Shown piece after piece: positions 37,586-47,400 of a DNA stretch of 58,146 nt. The first letter of the stretch is position 1. Each line of letters begins with the position of its first letter. The notes below the pieces were generated by a model that made no database searches, was not told where the DNA came from, and saw only the letters and a list, made by a program, of their open reading frames with translations. Location: positions 1 through 58,146 of IMG/VR virus record IMGVR_UViG_3300032320_002537; one strand, 5' to 3'. Made by a program: the position numbers and the translations under genes. Source of the DNA: a virus. Its lineage: Duplodnaviria > Caudoviricetes.

Positions 37586-39337
37586 TCAAGACCGACTTAT
37601 AATTCTAGTAATACCATTTTCTTTTTCCAATTCAATTATGCTCGCACCGTCTATCATAACATTACTCGGATTATGGGTGATGATATAATAACAGTCTTTA
37701 TGTTCCTCGCTCATTTCGGATAGTAATTCCAATATCTGCTCAGATGCATTAGCATCTATCGATGAATCAAATAGTTCATCGAACACCGACAGGTTTATTG
37801 TCACCGAACTCTGTAATCTTCTGATATCTCTGAAGGCAAAGAGAAGAGAAAAGTTCACTCGACCTTTTTCACCCTCTGACATACTATCATATGATATTAC
37901 ATCACCATTTAATGATGTTACACTCTCTTCAAAGAACTCATCGAAAGTGATTTTACAAGGAGTTTTTAGTTTTTGCAGATAGAAACCAAATCTTTCATTG
38001 AAAACATCCATTATTTTCTTAATCACTGCGGTTTTTACACCTGTAGGAGAGAAAACTATACGAACACCATCCAATATTTTCAGTTGTTTCTTATTTTTTT
38101 CCAGATTTTCTCGTTGTACATCCAATTTTTCTGCTGCACTCTTATTTTTTTCCGTAAACGGGTTCGTCTCTTTGTAAAGTTCATTCAATTTTTCCTCCAT
38201 CTGTCTGATTTTATCTTGAGATTTAACAAATTTTACCTGCTCACCTTCCATTTCAGTGATATTTTTACGATGGTTAATGATGTCTGCGGTAATTTTCTGC
38301 GTTTCTCTCTGTAAATTCTGGGACATTAGTGTTAATTTCCCGATCTTGTCGTTATGATCTCTTATTTTAACGGTTAAATTTTCAATTTCTTCGTTAAAAT
38401 CCGATGCAACATGCGTATCGTCGAAAGGTCTATTACATGTTGGACATGTAGACGGTTTAGATTTCAACTTTTTAAGCTGTTCTTTGTATATATCGACACC
38501 TGTTGTTAGTTCTGCTCTTTTAACTGCTATCTTATTGATCGTTGCATCCTTTTCATCGAATGATGCTTGAAGGTTATTGATAGATTTCTCCTCATCTAAA
38601 ATCTTTGTTTGATTATCTGAAGGGGTAAGGTCGCGTAATGTGGCAATTTCGCCGATGATATTATCAATCTTTGTTTGGTGACTCTCTAACCATTCATTCT
38701 CATATGCTTTATCATCTTCATATGCACGGACAGATGTGATAAGGACAGCATCGTCTTTACTAATTGCATTATTCAATGCATTATACTCATCTTTTGCATC
38801 CTTAAAAAGTTCAGAGAAACATTCTAACCCTAGAATACCCTCGATGAACTTAGTTTTCAGAGATTTATCTTGCGAGAAGAATGATTTCGAATTTTTCGCA
38901 GTCATCACCAAAGTATTCTCGAATACTTCTTTGGTGATACCTAGATCGTCGAGAATATCCTTAGTTGTTTCAGGAATAGTTTTTGTTTCTGGGACACATC
39001 CTATCCGAGTTCGTGTCAGTGTATTTGGTGATAGTGATCTTGTCACCTCGAATTGCTCACCATTAACTGTATACCAGACGGTGACGGAACAATTGGTTCC
39101 GTTACTTCGATTTTTAATTTCTTCTTGATTTATTTTTCGATATGTCTTACCGAAAAGGACAAAGGACAACGATTCTACGATAAGGGAAGTTTTACCTACC
39201 CCGTTTCGAGAATCGTCGTCCTTATTGTACCCTGTTATGAATGTTATCCCGTTTTTAAAATCTAAAACAACAGGATCGCCGCCATATGATAAAAAGTTTC
39301 GGACTTGGATTTTATCAAATTCGATTTTTTTCATCAA
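37586..39337 (-). CDS. gp46: Rad50/SbcC-like recombination ATPase (gp46)
   Basis: NFLSYG, NGVGKTS, CPTC Zn hook, MSEGEK, VFDELFDSSID, IITH. Confidence 0.95.
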   Translation of the reverse strand: MMKKIEFDKIQVRNFLSYGGDPVVLDFKNGITFITGYNKDDDSRNGVGKTSLIVESLSFVLFGKTYRKINQEEIKNRSNGTNCSVTVWYTVNGEQFEVTRSLSPNTLTRTRIGCVPETKTIPETTKDILDDLGITKEVFENTLVMTAKNSKSFFSQDKSLKTKFIEGILGLECFSELFKDAKDEYNALNNAISKDDAVLITSVRAYEDDKAYENEWLESHQTKIDNIIGEIATLRDLTPSDNQTKILDEEKSINNLQASFDEKDATINKIAVKRAELTTGVDIYKEQLKKLKSKPSTCPTCNRPFDDTHVASDFNEEIENLTVKIRDHNDKIGKLTLMSQNLQRETQKITADIINHRKNITEMEGEQVKFVKSQDKIRQMEEKLNELYKETNPFTEKNKSAAEKLDVQRENLEKNKKQLKILDGVRIVFSPTGVKTAVIKKIMDVFNERFGFYLQKLKTPCKITFDEFFEESVTSLNGDVISYDSMSEGEKGRVNFSLLFAFRDIRRLQSSVTINLSVFDELFDSSIDANASEQILELLSEMSEEHKDCYYIITHNPSNVMIDGASIIELEKENGITRIISRS

Positions 39338-39640
39338 TTAACGAAATGCCAAAATACGTTCGGCTAGAATGCCTTCATACTGAGTCATAATATCTAGTTG
39401 AGTCTTAAGTCTTCCTTGCTCGGCATTATCTAAGGTAGAGAAAGTGGGTGTTTTAAGAAATGCTGCTAAGGCATCAATCTTTGTCCGAAGCTCCGAACGT
39501 TCAAGAATTACGCGATATCGAAAATCGTCTACCGGAGAGACGGCGGGTGTAGTTGTTGACAAGTCTTCATAGACTGGTTGCTCTGTCGGGGTAGACGTTG
39601 GTGGTGGTTGCACATTATATACATTGCTAGATGTCATCAT
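39338..39640 (-). CDS. crAss001_48-like small helical phage protein
   Basis: RVILERSELRTKIDALAAFL...F..LD..EQ.RL..QL..M.QY..IL.ERI. Confidence 0.7.
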   Translation of the reverse strand: MMTSSNVYNVQPPPTSTPTEQPVYEDLSTTTPAVSPVDDFRYRVILERSELRTKIDALAAFLKTPTFSTLDNAEQGRLKTQLDIMTQYEGILAERILAFR

Positions 39641-39679
39641 AGGCAGTAACTTATCACACTATTTCCAATCTTTCAATAT

Positions 39680-40384
39680 CTATTTTACAAATTTATCCAA
39701 AAAAGTCTTATTAGGTTCGACTAATTCCCCGTTCGTCTCGCCATTATTTCGCAGTAGAACGAATTTCAGGTCGGAATCTGAAACTTTCAATAGATTCGTA
39801 TCGATAATGTACTTAAGGAATGTTTCGTAATGGATTATGCCACCTTTGTTAAAATAATCGTCCACTTTATCAAACCTCGAAGAGATAATATCCATATTCG
39901 GAGAACTAGAATAATAAAAACGATCATTGTAACCGTGCCAATGGTCATGTGTCGGAATATATACCGTATCTTGCAGTTTATCGACATCAATTTTTTCCAA
40001 CTTCGAGTCGAGAATAGGATAAATGTCAGGTCTGACCCTCAGCACCGCATCATAGATAAAATCATGCTCAGCCTCATATTGTTTTTTAAGCATGTTACAT
40101 TTCTTAAGGCAATAAAGTTGACGTAAAAACCCTTGGACGAACACTTCCGATCTTTTATGTAGATTATAATTCTTCTCGTCGAACGTTATTCGTGGTTCTA
40201 TGAATATGTCCTTCAGATTACCGTCCTGAATTAGTATATTTAAATCCCTAAGATCGGGATCATCCGTCCAAGTATGGTAGAACACATCGTATGACTCCAA
40301 TTGATCGAGTATATCTTTTTTAATTAGAGGAAAGGTTTTCCTTATACTTCTTAATTCTCCCGAAAGGCATATTGCGGTTTTCAT
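39680..40384 (-). CDS. Putative glycosyltransferase (AICLSG..R family)
   Basis: KTAICLSGELRS, DVFYHTW, YDAVLRVRPD, GYNDRF. Confidence 0.6.
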   Translation of the reverse strand: MKTAICLSGELRSIRKTFPLIKKDILDQLESYDVFYHTWTDDPDLRDLNILIQDGNLKDIFIEPRITFDEKNYNLHKRSEVFVQGFLRQLYCLKKCNMLKKQYEAEHDFIYDAVLRVRPDIYPILDSKLEKIDVDKLQDTVYIPTHDHWHGYNDRFYYSSSPNMDIISSRFDKVDDYFNKGGIIHYETFLKYIIDTNLLKVSDSDLKFVLLRNNGETNGELVEPNKTFLDKFVK

Positions 40385-40959
40385 ATCGATTTAGTTGCGA
40401 TTATGTTGTATTCGACCTTATCTATATTGTATCCGAATGAAGTCAATCGTCGGAGACAATCGTCTAATTTTACCCCTCCCCAAGATAATGTTCCATCCGA
40501 ATGTATATATTCAAACACCACATAGGGAATTGGGATGGTATTGAAATCTATACTATTGACGATATCGATATCCAAACCTTCAACATCAATATATAGCCTA
40601 TCAATTTTATCTATTTTAAGGGTTCTCAACATTCCATGAAAATCGAGCGCATTAACTTCGATAGAATCTAATGATGTATGGCCATGTTTACTCATATGCT
40701 CTTCTTGTAACGATGCATGAGCACTCGTCTCGTCCGCAGTAGGGACGAGCAATTTGACAGTGGTAGGTTCAGTGACTACATATGGAACAATAGCCATATT
40801 ATAAAATTCAACATTTGGGATTCCGACATATCGGTCGGAAACCTTTTCTGTGCATCGCGGATTAGCATCGATGAGGATAATGCGATCACAATCCACGTTT
40901 TTAACAAAATCAAAAACATGGTCGTTACCATCATTCGTGCCTATCTGAACAATAATCAT
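40381..40959 (-). CDS. FkbM-family SAM methyltransferase
   Basis: VQIGTNDG, LIDANP, IDRLYIDVEGLD, VVFE. Confidence 0.8.
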   Translation of the reverse strand: MIIVQIGTNDGNDHVFDFVKNVDCDRIILIDANPRCTEKVSDRYVGIPNVEFYNMAIVPYVVTEPTTVKLLVPTADETSAHASLQEEHMSKHGHTSLDSIEVNALDFHGMLRTLKIDKIDRLYIDVEGLDIDIVNSIDFNTIPIPYVVFEYIHSDGTLSWGGVKLDDCLRRLTSFGYNIDKVEYNIIATKSI

Positions 40960-41519
40960 TTTCTCAAATACCAACAATACTCTGCTTTATCCACACTGCA
41001 ATCTATAGAATTTTTTTTAGTCCAATCTATCACCGCTTGCTCTACCCCGCCCCAACCGTTCCCATAATCATGCCCCGCAAATAGTCCTTGTTTTTTTAAT
41101 TTCGGAAACCATATATCCAGATCGATTAAAACGTCATCATATTTATGGGAGGCATCAATGAATATAAAATCGAAAAACTCATCACTATAATTATGAGAAG
41201 CTTGAAACGATGTCATTCTGACAGGGGTGATTATATCTTTAAGGGGTTCTGTATTTTTAAGAAATTCAGCGTATATGACATCAGGGTTTAATTGTTCAAA
41301 ATCTTGATGATCGGTACTACCTGCCCAAGTGTCAACACAGTGGATATGTATATTTTTGCTTTGATTTTTAACTTCCACTCCTAAAAATGATACGCTACGT
41401 CCTTTCCACGATCCAACCTCAAGAAAATTACAATTATCAAACTCCTTCACCGCATTTCTATACAAGTTAGGGTATGTGAACCAGTTTTCCCCTATATTAC
41501 TGTAAAAATGTTCCATCAT
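40956..41519 (-). CDS. Class I SAM methyltransferase (Methyltransf_24-like)
   Basis: LEVGSWKGRS, VDTW, FIFIDASHKY, AGHDY. Confidence 0.85.
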   Translation of the reverse strand: MMEHFYSNIGENWFTYPNLYRNAVKEFDNCNFLEVGSWKGRSVSFLGVEVKNQSKNIHIHCVDTWAGSTDHQDFEQLNPDVIYAEFLKNTEPLKDIITPVRMTSFQASHNYSDEFFDFIFIDASHKYDDVLIDLDIWFPKLKKQGLFAGHDYGNGWGGVEQAVIDWTKKNSIDCSVDKAEYCWYLRK

Positions 41520-41520
41520 C

Positions 41521-42156
41521 TTATTTAATAAAAATTGCGAACCCGTTTCTGACATCAGGTCTGTCGCAAATCAACGACCATTTTGGATCGTTGGAGAGTG
41601 TGTGATATACTTGGTTACATTTGAAGGCATGATGAACGTCATCTAAAAAGAAAACACGAGTCCGATCTTTCAATAAAATGAATTCGGAATATCCCGTGAA
41701 TTCACCGCCGTCGATAAGAACGGAATCATAGACTTTGTCCGAATTAGATTCGATGAAAGCGAGTGATTGACTTATAGTCGTAACGTCTCTATCAAACCAT
41801 GATTTCACCAACTCTTTAGGATAAAGATTTTGAGGTATTCTGTTGAATGGAGAATTCCATATTGCATCAAAATCATTATCGATTAAAGACGATGAAGATA
41901 TACTCGAACCAAGAAAACATTTAACAAAATCTTTATCTTTATATCGGTCTATTAATACTTGGTATTTTTCTTCTATGATCTCTATACATTGAAGACTCTT
42001 ACTTCCTGATAGATGTTCCATCGCAGAAACAAAACATGAGGTCGAACCTTCTCCGTCCCATGAACCTATTTCCAGATTATTCAGAAGTTCATATCTTATA
42101 ACGGTTTGGAAAATTTCATACCCAAAGGGTTCGTTTAAATGTATTTCAGCGTTCAT
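41521..42156 (-). CDS. SAM methyltransferase-fold protein
   Basis: LEIGSWDGEGST, CIE, VLIDGGEFTG, FLDD. Confidence 0.7.
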   Translation of the reverse strand: MNAEIHLNEPFGYEIFQTVIRYELLNNLEIGSWDGEGSTSCFVSAMEHLSGSKSLQCIEIIEEKYQVLIDRYKDKDFVKCFLGSSISSSSLIDNDFDAIWNSPFNRIPQNLYPKELVKSWFDRDVTTISQSLAFIESNSDKVYDSVLIDGGEFTGYSEFILLKDRTRVFFLDDVHHAFKCNQVYHTLSNDPKWSLICDRPDVRNGFAIFIK

Positions 42157-42926
42157 ATTTTAATTACCGATGCACTATCTCTAACCCAAGGTAGAAAATC
42201 TCCTAATCTAACTGGGTATGTGTTATGTAGTTGGAGTTTTTTCCACGATTGGACAGCATCGGTGTAACCATAAAAATTCTCCTTGAATCGAACCTGATCC
42301 TCAAGAATATATGCATAATGATTGAAATTCCACCCTTTCTCGTCAGTGTATTTTCTGGATAGGAAATCTGTCAATCCTCGAATTCTAGGGGGTTCATGTG
42401 AAACCCATTCTGTTTTATCGTTTATTTTCCATAAACGGCACCATTCACCTGAATTGTTTCCGTATGAATTGTCACCATGTGTAATTAAATTAGGTCCAAC
42501 ATAATAATTACAACGAAATAACATACCATCAAACCCTTCATTTTCTTCGGCAAAGGATAATACTGAATTTAGAGTAACTACATCCCAAATCTCATCAACG
42601 TCAAACTGCATGAGAATACAATCCTGCATTCTGTCTTGTATCATATTACACATTTCAGTCTTACCATTATAGAAATCTAATTTCCGATGAACAAATATTT
42701 TATTTCCGTCCGCTATACTATCGATAAATTCAGTGGTTCCATCAATAGATAGTTTGTCTTCGGAATAAAATTCATTGTTGATATTCTGACACCATGCAGT
42801 ATCGAGAAGAGGTAATGTTGCCCCCTCTATAATATGCCACTCGTCAAATACCCTAGGTAATATTGTTGCTTGCCTTTTTATGAAGGGCATCCCATTCAAA
42901 ACTATCGTAAAGGCTATTCGTCTCAT
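42153..42926 (-). CDS. GT-A fold glycosyltransferase
   Basis: AFTIVLNGMPFI, IIEGA, SIDGT, QFDVDEIW (DxD), HEPP. Confidence 0.75.
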   Translation of the reverse strand: MRRIAFTIVLNGMPFIKRQATILPRVFDEWHIIEGATLPLLDTAWCQNINNEFYSEDKLSIDGTTEFIDSIADGNKIFVHRKLDFYNGKTEMCNMIQDRMQDCILMQFDVDEIWDVVTLNSVLSFAEENEGFDGMLFRCNYYVGPNLITHGDNSYGNNSGEWCRLWKINDKTEWVSHEPPRIRGLTDFLSRKYTDEKGWNFNHYAYILEDQVRFKENFYGYTDAVQSWKKLQLHNTYPVRLGDFLPWVRDSASVIKI

Positions 42927-42928
42927 TG

Positions 42929-43441
42929 TTAAGGTTTCATACAATCAACAACAATTGTGTCGATATCGTTCATCTTCTGTCCAATAACACGCCCATGGTT
43001 GAGTGTTCCGACCATAATAATATTTGCATCGGACAATACTTGAAATCCCATTGAATCCATAATAGCATTTAAACTCGCTTGCTCCCATATGGTCTTATGT
43101 TCATGGTTAAATATTATCGATTTGACGGCTCCTTTAATATTCGGCTCACCCCATCCTTGTTCTTTAATAAAATTAAAATAATCTTGATCTGCTAATGCGT
43201 GAATACGGCTGACACTTGGCACGGCAACTCGAAGAAATCCTCCTCGTTTTAATATTCTCATACATTCTTCAAAGAAATCCCATGCTTGATGGATAGTGAC
43301 ATGTTCAACTACGTGTTCTGTTAGAATAGCATCTACCGAATCGTCGCTAAATGGGAGAGTTTTTGTAATATCTACATCGTAATCATAGTTCTCCCATCCT
43401 GGTAAAATGTTTCCTCCACAGCCAAATTGTATTTTTCTCAT
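42929..43441 (-). CDS. SAM methyltransferase (Methyltransf_11-like)
   Basis: FGCG...GWENYD...LPFSDDSVD...EHVVEH...RILKRGGFLRVAVP. Confidence 0.85.
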   Translation of the reverse strand: MRKIQFGCGGNILPGWENYDYDVDITKTLPFSDDSVDAILTEHVVEHVTIHQAWDFFEECMRILKRGGFLRVAVPSVSRIHALADQDYFNFIKEQGWGEPNIKGAVKSIIFNHEHKTIWEQASLNAIMDSMGFQVLSDANIIMVGTLNHGRVIGQKMNDIDTIVVDCMKP

Positions 43442-43451
43442 ATGGTATTAT

Positions 43452-44120
43452 TTAAATTTTCGATGTACTGTTGTCAATAGACTTTAAGGACTCAAGTTCA
43501 GTATCAGTCACTTGTTGAATATAAAAAGGTAACTTGGAAATATCAAAAGGTCGATCTCGATCATATCCAAAACTTAAACGCGACGAATTAGGAATACGTT
43601 TGAATCTATCTTCCGGTAGAAGAGTCTTTGCATCTGTCGGGATTAATGAGGCAATTACGTCCAATATTTTATTTCTTGGAACTAAAAATAAAGAGTTGGC
43701 AGTTCCCATAAGTTTACATGTTCCCATCACAATATCAGTATCTCCTAAATCTTGGTACATCTGCGAAATTATGGTATCGCCGAACCATAAACAATCTTGT
43801 TCTTTGTATATAAAATCACTATTACACGCATATGCATGGATCATTCCTAATGCAACGCCAGTCACCCAACCACACCAACGTCCTTCCCTAGAACCATTCC
43901 AATAATCACCACCATGACCTAAATTAGTATATTCTCCTATGGAATATATTCCATTTTTATTCGTTAAATTCGGAACGTCCGGCCCAAATATAAAAATATC
44001 AGAATGGCTTATACTAATGGTGTTTTTATACCATATTTCAAACCACTCATCTGCTGATAGGTTTGCATATTTTTTTGGGTCTACATTTTTGCAAAATCCG
44101 CTATATATTTGATACTTCAT
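43452..44120 (-). CDS. Putative nucleotide-sugar transferase
   Basis: DFIYKEQDCLW (ExD metal motif); cluster context. Confidence 0.5.
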   Translation of the reverse strand: MKYQIYSGFCKNVDPKKYANLSADEWFEIWYKNTISISHSDIFIFGPDVPNLTNKNGIYSIGEYTNLGHGGDYWNGSREGRWCGWVTGVALGMIHAYACNSDFIYKEQDCLWFGDTIISQMYQDLGDTDIVMGTCKLMGTANSLFLVPRNKILDVIASLIPTDAKTLLPEDRFKRIPNSSRLSFGYDRDRPFDISKLPFYIQQVTDTELESLKSIDNSTSKI

Positions 44121-44869
44121 ACTTTTTTCCATTTTCCTCGTAATAAAGGTTCTCCCCGTAATAAATCGCCATGATGTAGCTTAGGACCATAATAACCATG
44201 TTTCATCATCAATGTCATATCAGGAACATCAATTTTTAATTGATCGATCATGTTAGATATACTACTCTCGATTACGCATATTTTTGATGCCCTTTCGATG
44301 GTAGATATCCAATCAAAAACCGATCCCGATACGGGTTTAATATTTATCCTATGTAGTCTGGGATTACAAACATCCACCTCCCTCTTTTGATCAGAGGACG
44401 ATTCTTGGACAAGAATAAACCCATCATATTCATCTTCCGAATAGTTGCATAGGAAATCCACTAATTGGTTCTCCTTCTCCATGTTTCTTTTTACTTGTAG
44501 GTTCCACTTTTCGTAGGTCGGAACATTAGCAATATGGTATTTCAATTCATCAAAGGTGTAATCGAATTGGTTCAGATAGTAATAGGTATTACCTACATGT
44601 GCCCCTGGAATAGTAAACGATAAATCGATGATAATATTACAGTCGTGCATACTACACATCTTATAGGCTTTATGGCAGTCAAATTCGATAGGAAAAAATT
44701 TTACATAAGGTACATAATTATGTGCCCCTTCTTGGTAAAAATTATCAATAATATCCTTGTCAACGGGCCAAATCACTTCATATCCTCTATCGTAATACCA
44801 TTTTGCAATAGGGAGACATATGATGATGTCTCCGATTTTTCCTGGTTGAATTATTCCTAATTTCCTCAT
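44117..44869 (-). CDS. GT9/heptosyltransferase-like glycosyltransferase
   Basis: IIQPGKIGDIIICLPIAK N-terminus; DWISTIERA...IESS. Confidence 0.6.
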   Translation of the reverse strand: MRKLGIIQPGKIGDIIICLPIAKWYYDRGYEVIWPVDKDIIDNFYQEGAHNYVPYVKFFPIEFDCHKAYKMCSMHDCNIIIDLSFTIPGAHVGNTYYYLNQFDYTFDELKYHIANVPTYEKWNLQVKRNMEKENQLVDFLCNYSEDEYDGFILVQESSSDQKREVDVCNPRLHRINIKPVSGSVFDWISTIERASKICVIESSISNMIDQLKIDVPDMTLMMKHGYYGPKLHHGDLLRGEPLLRGKWKKV

Positions 44870-45738
44870 TGTTTTATATATTCAATATTATTCACATGGT
44901 GAATATTCATAGTATTAAAAAATACTGATTGTGTTTCCTGTTCGTTTATATTTGGATTCATAAAGGTTCCCCATGGAGTTCTTTTACATAAATTGGTTTG
45001 GAGATTATAAAATATAATATTGTTGGCAATTTTAAATAATAAGTTATCTTCATGAACTTTATAATTCCATTCTTTTTCGGGGCATTCCGTTGTGACAGAT
45101 TCATTACCATGATAAATATGTAAGGCCATCATCGGGTATGTGTTTGCTATATGAAAGTTATTTCCTAGTAGAACCATCAAACCCGCATAATCAACATCAA
45201 ATAGAGGCTTTCCGATAACAAATTGACTATTAAGCTCTTTTTCATATTGTTGAAACCAGCCTTTCTTAAAAACAAAAAAATCAAATCCGGCTATTTCGTT
45301 CCGAATTGGAACGACGTTATGTTCTAACACATCATTAAATGATGTAATATGTGAAATATCTATTCTTGACCCAGCCATACAATCAGGTTTATGATTTTGA
45401 ATATATGATATCAATCGTGGTAAAAGAATAACATCTGAATTAACATATATGATATATTCTGAATTTTCAGAAATTTCGAATCCTTTAGAAATCATTTCGA
45501 AAAACACAGGCAATTTTTTGAATGAATTAGGGATAAAAGTTCGACTAGAATTTTTCAAAATATAGTGAGTTGGAATATTTTCATACTCATTGGTAAATAT
45601 GCCCTTTTCATCGGTAAACTGTAAGTTTTTAATATCTACCATATCACTAAATAGAGCCTTTAAATATAACCATGACTCAACCGCTATATTTTGACGATGA
45701 TATTTCTGAAAGGTATTGGTAATAATAGTAATTTTCAT
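44866..45738 (-). CDS. GT-A fold glycosyltransferase-like protein
   Basis: KLP...IIYVNSDVIL...R.D...GFDFFVF...IGKP.FD...HIYH. Confidence 0.6.
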   Translation of the reverse strand: MKITIITNTFQKYHRQNIAVESWLYLKALFSDMVDIKNLQFTDEKGIFTNEYENIPTHYILKNSSRTFIPNSFKKLPVFFEMISKGFEISENSEYIIYVNSDVILLPRLISYIQNHKPDCMAGSRIDISHITSFNDVLEHNVVPIRNEIAGFDFFVFKKGWFQQYEKELNSQFVIGKPLFDVDYAGLMVLLGNNFHIANTYPMMALHIYHGNESVTTECPEKEWNYKVHEDNLLFKIANNIIFYNLQTNLCKRTPWGTFMNPNINEQETQSVFFNTMNIHHVNNIEYIKQ

Positions 45739-46418
45739 TTTGTCTTATTAATAGGAAAATTCTGCAATTTTCTTAATCTATATGTTTCACTATCTATATT
45801 CATAAATTTTGAATTTTTAACATAGAGCATATCATAGCTAGTCCTCATATTATCGGGATGTTCATGTCTTATTATAACATCTTGAGATTTGAACACTTTA
45901 TTTAAATTACACACAACATCAGTAAATTCATTATCACAATAAAAACTTTTATATGATGGATGATAAATATAGCCAAATCTATCATAATATTTTTTACCCA
46001 TTACAGATAAAGTGATAATATCATTTCTAAATCCATCCGAATACCATAACACACCATCGGTATCAGGAAAATTGTTTTTCATATCCTGAATAATAATATT
46101 ATCATAATTAGTCGAAATAGGAATCATATCATCTGATGCTAACAATAGGATATCCCAACGACTAGAAATGATATCCATATCACGATTTATCGCATCTATT
46201 TTTGAGGAACTATTTCCATATACATAATAAGCCGAACATTTTTGATTTATTTCAGATATCAAATCGTCATAGTCAGAACGCAGTGTTACATCATCAATAT
46301 CTAAAGTGAATAGAAATTGAATATTTGAAGTATCATTAGCTAATCGTATGTATTGGTTTACACATTTTTTAACCTTCTCAAATCTGTTTTTTGTTGGAAA
46401 TTTAATTAGAATTTTCAT
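45735..46418 (-). CDS. Family 2 glycosyltransferase
   Basis: KFPTKNR, LDIDD, KIDAINR, LLASDDMIP, SFYCDNEF, IRHEHP. Confidence 0.8.
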   Translation of the reverse strand: MKILIKFPTKNRFEKVKKCVNQYIRLANDTSNIQFLFTLDIDDVTLRSDYDDLISEINQKCSAYYVYGNSSSKIDAINRDMDIISSRWDILLLASDDMIPISTNYDNIIIQDMKNNFPDTDGVLWYSDGFRNDIITLSVMGKKYYDRFGYIYHPSYKSFYCDNEFTDVVCNLNKVFKSQDVIIRHEHPDNMRTSYDMLYVKNSKFMNIDSETYRLRKLQNFPINKTK

Positions 46419-47187
46419 TTTTAATTTTCTTTAATCTATCTATTAGTATCGTGACAGGTAATCTAGGTATATCCGCGACATTTTTACCATACTTCTCCAT
46501 CCATCGAACGGATGATTTTTGTATATTAAGGGCATAGGGTTCTTTATTCGTAATCGTTGAGGGATTGCCCCTTTCCTTCAGACACTTATCGCTACCTAAA
46601 ACATCTAGAAAGAGCCAAAAAGGTAATTCTTGCGCCGTATATGATCGATATGTCATATCTATATGCTCAAATGCATTCTTGAAACCCTCGTCAAATTTAC
46701 CTATTTTCCGAAGATGAGCCTTTGTAAAAAACATGAATGCCCCCTGTGCTAGACTATGAGTGGTAATTCCGAAATCTTCGGATACCATTAATGTATATGT
46801 AGTGGTGTTTTTGTCCACATGTGAGAACATGAGGTGTTCCAAGCCACTACGTTTATGCGCCTCGATGTAAAGATCAAAAACTTTGGGGTCCAAAACCATC
46901 ATATCATCATCGAGAAGAAATATAAAGTCCACATCGAATTCATTTAAAAGATCGATGCACTTGTTTTTAACCTTCGAAACACCTACATTCACCCCATAAC
47001 GATAGTTTTTATATCTAGAACCAAAAGAATCAGCAATGTATTCGAAGTCATATTCATTGTTGACTGTAAAAGGTCCATCGAAAACAAATGCAAAGAAAAA
47101 GCGATCATCTAAGTCCTTTATCTGTGAGAGTAGCTCTTTGAAATCATCGGCTCTTTTCCATGTTGTTATCCCTATACCTATACGCAT
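46402..47187 (-). CDS. Family 2 glycosyltransferase (paralog of 49219-50049)
   Basis: IGITTWKR, NVGVSKVKN, FLLDDDM, FDEGFKNAFEHIDMTYR. Confidence 0.85.
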   Translation of the reverse strand: MRIGIGITTWKRADDFKELLSQIKDLDDRFFFAFVFDGPFTVNNEYDFEYIADSFGSRYKNYRYGVNVGVSKVKNKCIDLLNEFDVDFIFLLDDDMMVLDPKVFDLYIEAHKRSGLEHLMFSHVDKNTTTYTLMVSEDFGITTHSLAQGAFMFFTKAHLRKIGKFDEGFKNAFEHIDMTYRSYTAQELPFWLFLDVLGSDKCLKERGNPSTITNKEPYALNIQKSSVRWMEKYGKNVADIPRLPVTILIDRLKKIKNENSN

Positions 47188-47194
47188 ATACCAT

Positions 47195-47223
47195 ATTATA
47201 CATCATTACACATGCCTGATCAA
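47195..47223 (-). promoter_or_regulatory. Sigma70-type promoter heading the glycosyl/methyltransferase operon, leaderless
   Basis: TTGATC(47223-47218)-N17-TATAAT(47200-47195)-N7-ATG. Confidence 0.75.
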
Positions 47224-47400
47224 GTGTGAACTACCGCTGGGCAAGACTCGGCGGCTTCAGTCTTAGAACATAAGACCTCTTTTTAGACGCTTCACAGACA
47301 GTAGATTCAACAGTACTATTTCTAGCACTATCCAGAGCTTCCATCTCCACATCTGTAATCGTCAATCCCTGACGATGAATGTTTTTAGCAGCATTAACAT
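47206..47400 (-). ncRNA. Putative omegaRNA/reRNA overlapping the tnpB 3' end; guide from flank (ACUUGAUCAGGCAUGUG...)
   Basis: Inferred from established TnpB right-end architecture; 5' boundary approximate. Confidence 0.45.
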
